Positions 62,002 through 64,000 of a stretch of 64,000 bases of DNA are shown here, in pieces. Origin of the DNA: Cenococcum geophilum (lineage: Eukaryota); NCBI GenBank assembly GCA_050273025.1, contig CP158635.1, forward strand, positions 28,644,001 to 28,708,000, in the 5' to 3' direction. Position 1 is the stretch's first letter, and every line of letters starts with the position of its first letter. The translations under genes were made by a program, and so were the position numbers. The notes beneath the pieces are model-generated. The model was given only the letters and a program-made list of their open reading frames with translations. It did not search any database and was not told the origin of the DNA.

Positions 62002-62449
62002 TTTTATATAATATAGCCACGACGTCGTTACTTAATGTAATAGATAGAGAAGCTAAAGAGCTCCTACCTCGTAGTATTTTTATAATAACTGGACGTTATT
62101 AAAGGGTCGAGATGCGGCAGTAAAAAAGGTAATTTTTGACGCTGCATTACCAGATAAGGTTTGGAGTATTACGACTTGTTAACTCTAGTAATATATATAA
62201 TATCAAAAGCTTCAATATTTATCAACCAATTCTATTCAATTAAGGCCTCCAGATTGATTGAGTTGCCAAGCCGGCGAACTCTCAGTTGGTTGAATTGATT
62301 GAGTTGGCAACCAATTCAATTCAATATTGAAACCTCGTTAACTGATTTGCAACCCTGTACGCCTACCTCTGCAAACGACACTCACTCTCAAATTCTAGTC
62401 ACCCCCCAAAACCGTAGGCGTAAGACTTCGTCAGCTTCTCGAAAGCAGC

Positions 62450-62851
62450 GTGTCCCATCCACCGACTCCGATTTCGACAATCACCAACCCGGAGCTCGAT
62501 ATCACCTTTGCTGTCACCGACGCCTCAGAAAACGAAGCACCAGACTCTGAAGCGGCTCTCATCCACGCCACGAATGCCTACACAGGCGCGACTAATAGCA
62601 TAGGGTCTGTGCATCAGCGACGATGGTTCGTAACGCTAGACCACGAAAACTCAGGGTTCGTGCAGCTCAAACACGGCCAGAACAAGGGAAGATGGGTTCG
62701 AAAAGTAAGACAAGGTTTTGAGCCTTTCTTCGTGCTCGGCGCTGAGGTCGAGCAGAGTGTTGTAACTGGGAGGTTGGCTCGAGAGGTAGAGAGTGATGAG
62801 GGGGTTGAAGGGTTTGTTGGGAGGGCGAATTGGGAGCCTGTTTTAAAGTAG
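62450..62851 (+). CDS. Small hypothetical protein (133 aa); start codon unresolved
   Basis: Protein-like open frame (RRWFVTLDHENSGF...FEPFFVLG...VVTGR) but it starts at GTG and has no in-frame ATG. Confidence 0.45.
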   Translation: MSHPPTPISTITNPELDITFAVTDASENEAPDSEAALIHATNAYTGATNSIGSVHQRRWFVTLDHENSGFVQLKHGQNKGRWVRKVRQGFEPFFVLGAEVEQSVVTGRLAREVESDEGVEGFVGRANWEPVLK

Positions 62852-63241
62852 TAATCTCAATCGAATTTTCCCTTCAGCGACGATAGCTTCAAGCCTTCAA
62901 TATGTAAGTGACTGTCGTCAACAGAAGTGCCACGCAGGGCTCCTTTAAGGTGACACTTTATAGTGTCAACCTTGTAGGATTTGGTAGTTTTCCAGGTAAT
63001 AATTGAGTAGCGACAGAGTCGCATGTATTCAGCGTTAACAAAAACGAAAGCGCCCAACGTATGCATAGAAACCAGCAGGACCCAAATCTCAAGGGCAACC
63101 ACATAAATATACAGATAAAGGAAATGGGAAAAAGAAAAAAGAAAAAAGAAAAAAGAAAGAGAAAACGAATGACATGTCATCCGTGAAACCCCCTATCTAC
63201 AATCGTGAATCCAAAATAGTCTCCTACCTTGATTTATCTAA

Positions 63242-64000
63242 TCACCTCCTCTCCAGCAGAAGTATATGCATGGTGGCATACGCAAGAACAACGAATATAC
63301 CGCCAAAGATGGCCAGGCCTATGCAGTCACGCCAAAGAGCCATAACATTGAAACCGAAGGAGCTGAGGATGGCGGAACCAGGAACTTCGATATCTAGGCC
63401 GTATTTGTGGTCCACGAGACTGAGATATTTGACTTCATTGACAATGAGACCTTCGAAGGCGTAGTGGAAGATCGAGAGCTAGAAGGTAATTTTGTTAACG
63501 AATGCTCCATAGTATGCACATAACAGAAGGTCCAAGGAATGAAAAACGTAGTGTTCGAATTAGGGAGCCTGCTTACCGATTGCAGCCACTTCGCAGCTAC
63601 TGGAATACTCTCTTGATTCAGGAAGAAACCTGAGAAGAGCAAGCTAAACAGCATCACCAATATACCGATTAAGTTTGCTACTCCACTGTTTCTGAAAACG
63701 ATTCCAATGAACAGGAATATCGCTGCCGCGGCAAGATTGAAGAGAACTAGGAAAAGTATAAATTTCAAAAATTGTGGCCATGCGGGGATTAGCCCGGTCA
63801 TCGGATACACAATAGCACCCAAGATAATCGGTGGAATAAGCCGTAAGGGTACAATGTCGAAAAGCACCTTGGCCGCGAAGTACGATACCGGAGAGTAGTA
63901 CCCTTTAGCCCGTTCTCGAGTGAACAACAGACGCTCTGGTGCAAACACCGTCAAGATAGTCAAAGTGCTGAAACCGAAAAGGGCCAAAACGAAGAAGAAC
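63242..64000 (-). CDS. ADP1: 3' part of an ABCG half-transporter (ADP1/white family); intron 63479-63576
   Basis: ABC2 membrane domain [20 protein letters not shown]...LFSGFFLN. The last exon [16 protein letters not shown]...[15 protein letters not shown]...LLERR* matches the ADP1-type C-terminus. The gene runs off the window. Confidence 0.88.

Overview
Filamentous ascomycete (Pezizomycotina-like) nuclear DNA with spliceosomal introns and a strong RIP signature (CpA->TpA, abundant in-frame TAA/TAG in repeats). Bases 1-28.8k are a RIP-degraded transposon nest: a Ty1/copia element carrying a self-priming TRIM, a MITE, a Ty3/gypsy element containing a second gypsy element that itself contains a hAT transposon, and a solo LTR, with one intact NAD(P)-binding oxidoreductase gene stranded among them. 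Bases 29.1-35.1k hold the most interesting object: a head-to-head gene pair bracketed by a 44-bp inverted repeat. One gene encodes a protein with a hydrophobic N-terminal helix and a kinase-C-lobe-like C-terminus. The other encodes a helical/Zn-finger protein fused to eight near-identical HET-E-type WD40 repeats that vary almost only at a few codons, but it has no NACHT/NB-ARC domain. Together they are a candidate NLR-independent sensor/executor non-self-recognition module (inference). A Tad1-like LINE follows, then a core region: mitochondrial Ile-tRNA synthetase, a peptidase S41 pseudogene, kinesin-5 BimC, a UPF0183 protein, a chain of gene fragments, a second LINE and the 3' end of an ADP1-like ABCG transporter. 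All family assignments come from reading motifs by eye; no database search was run.
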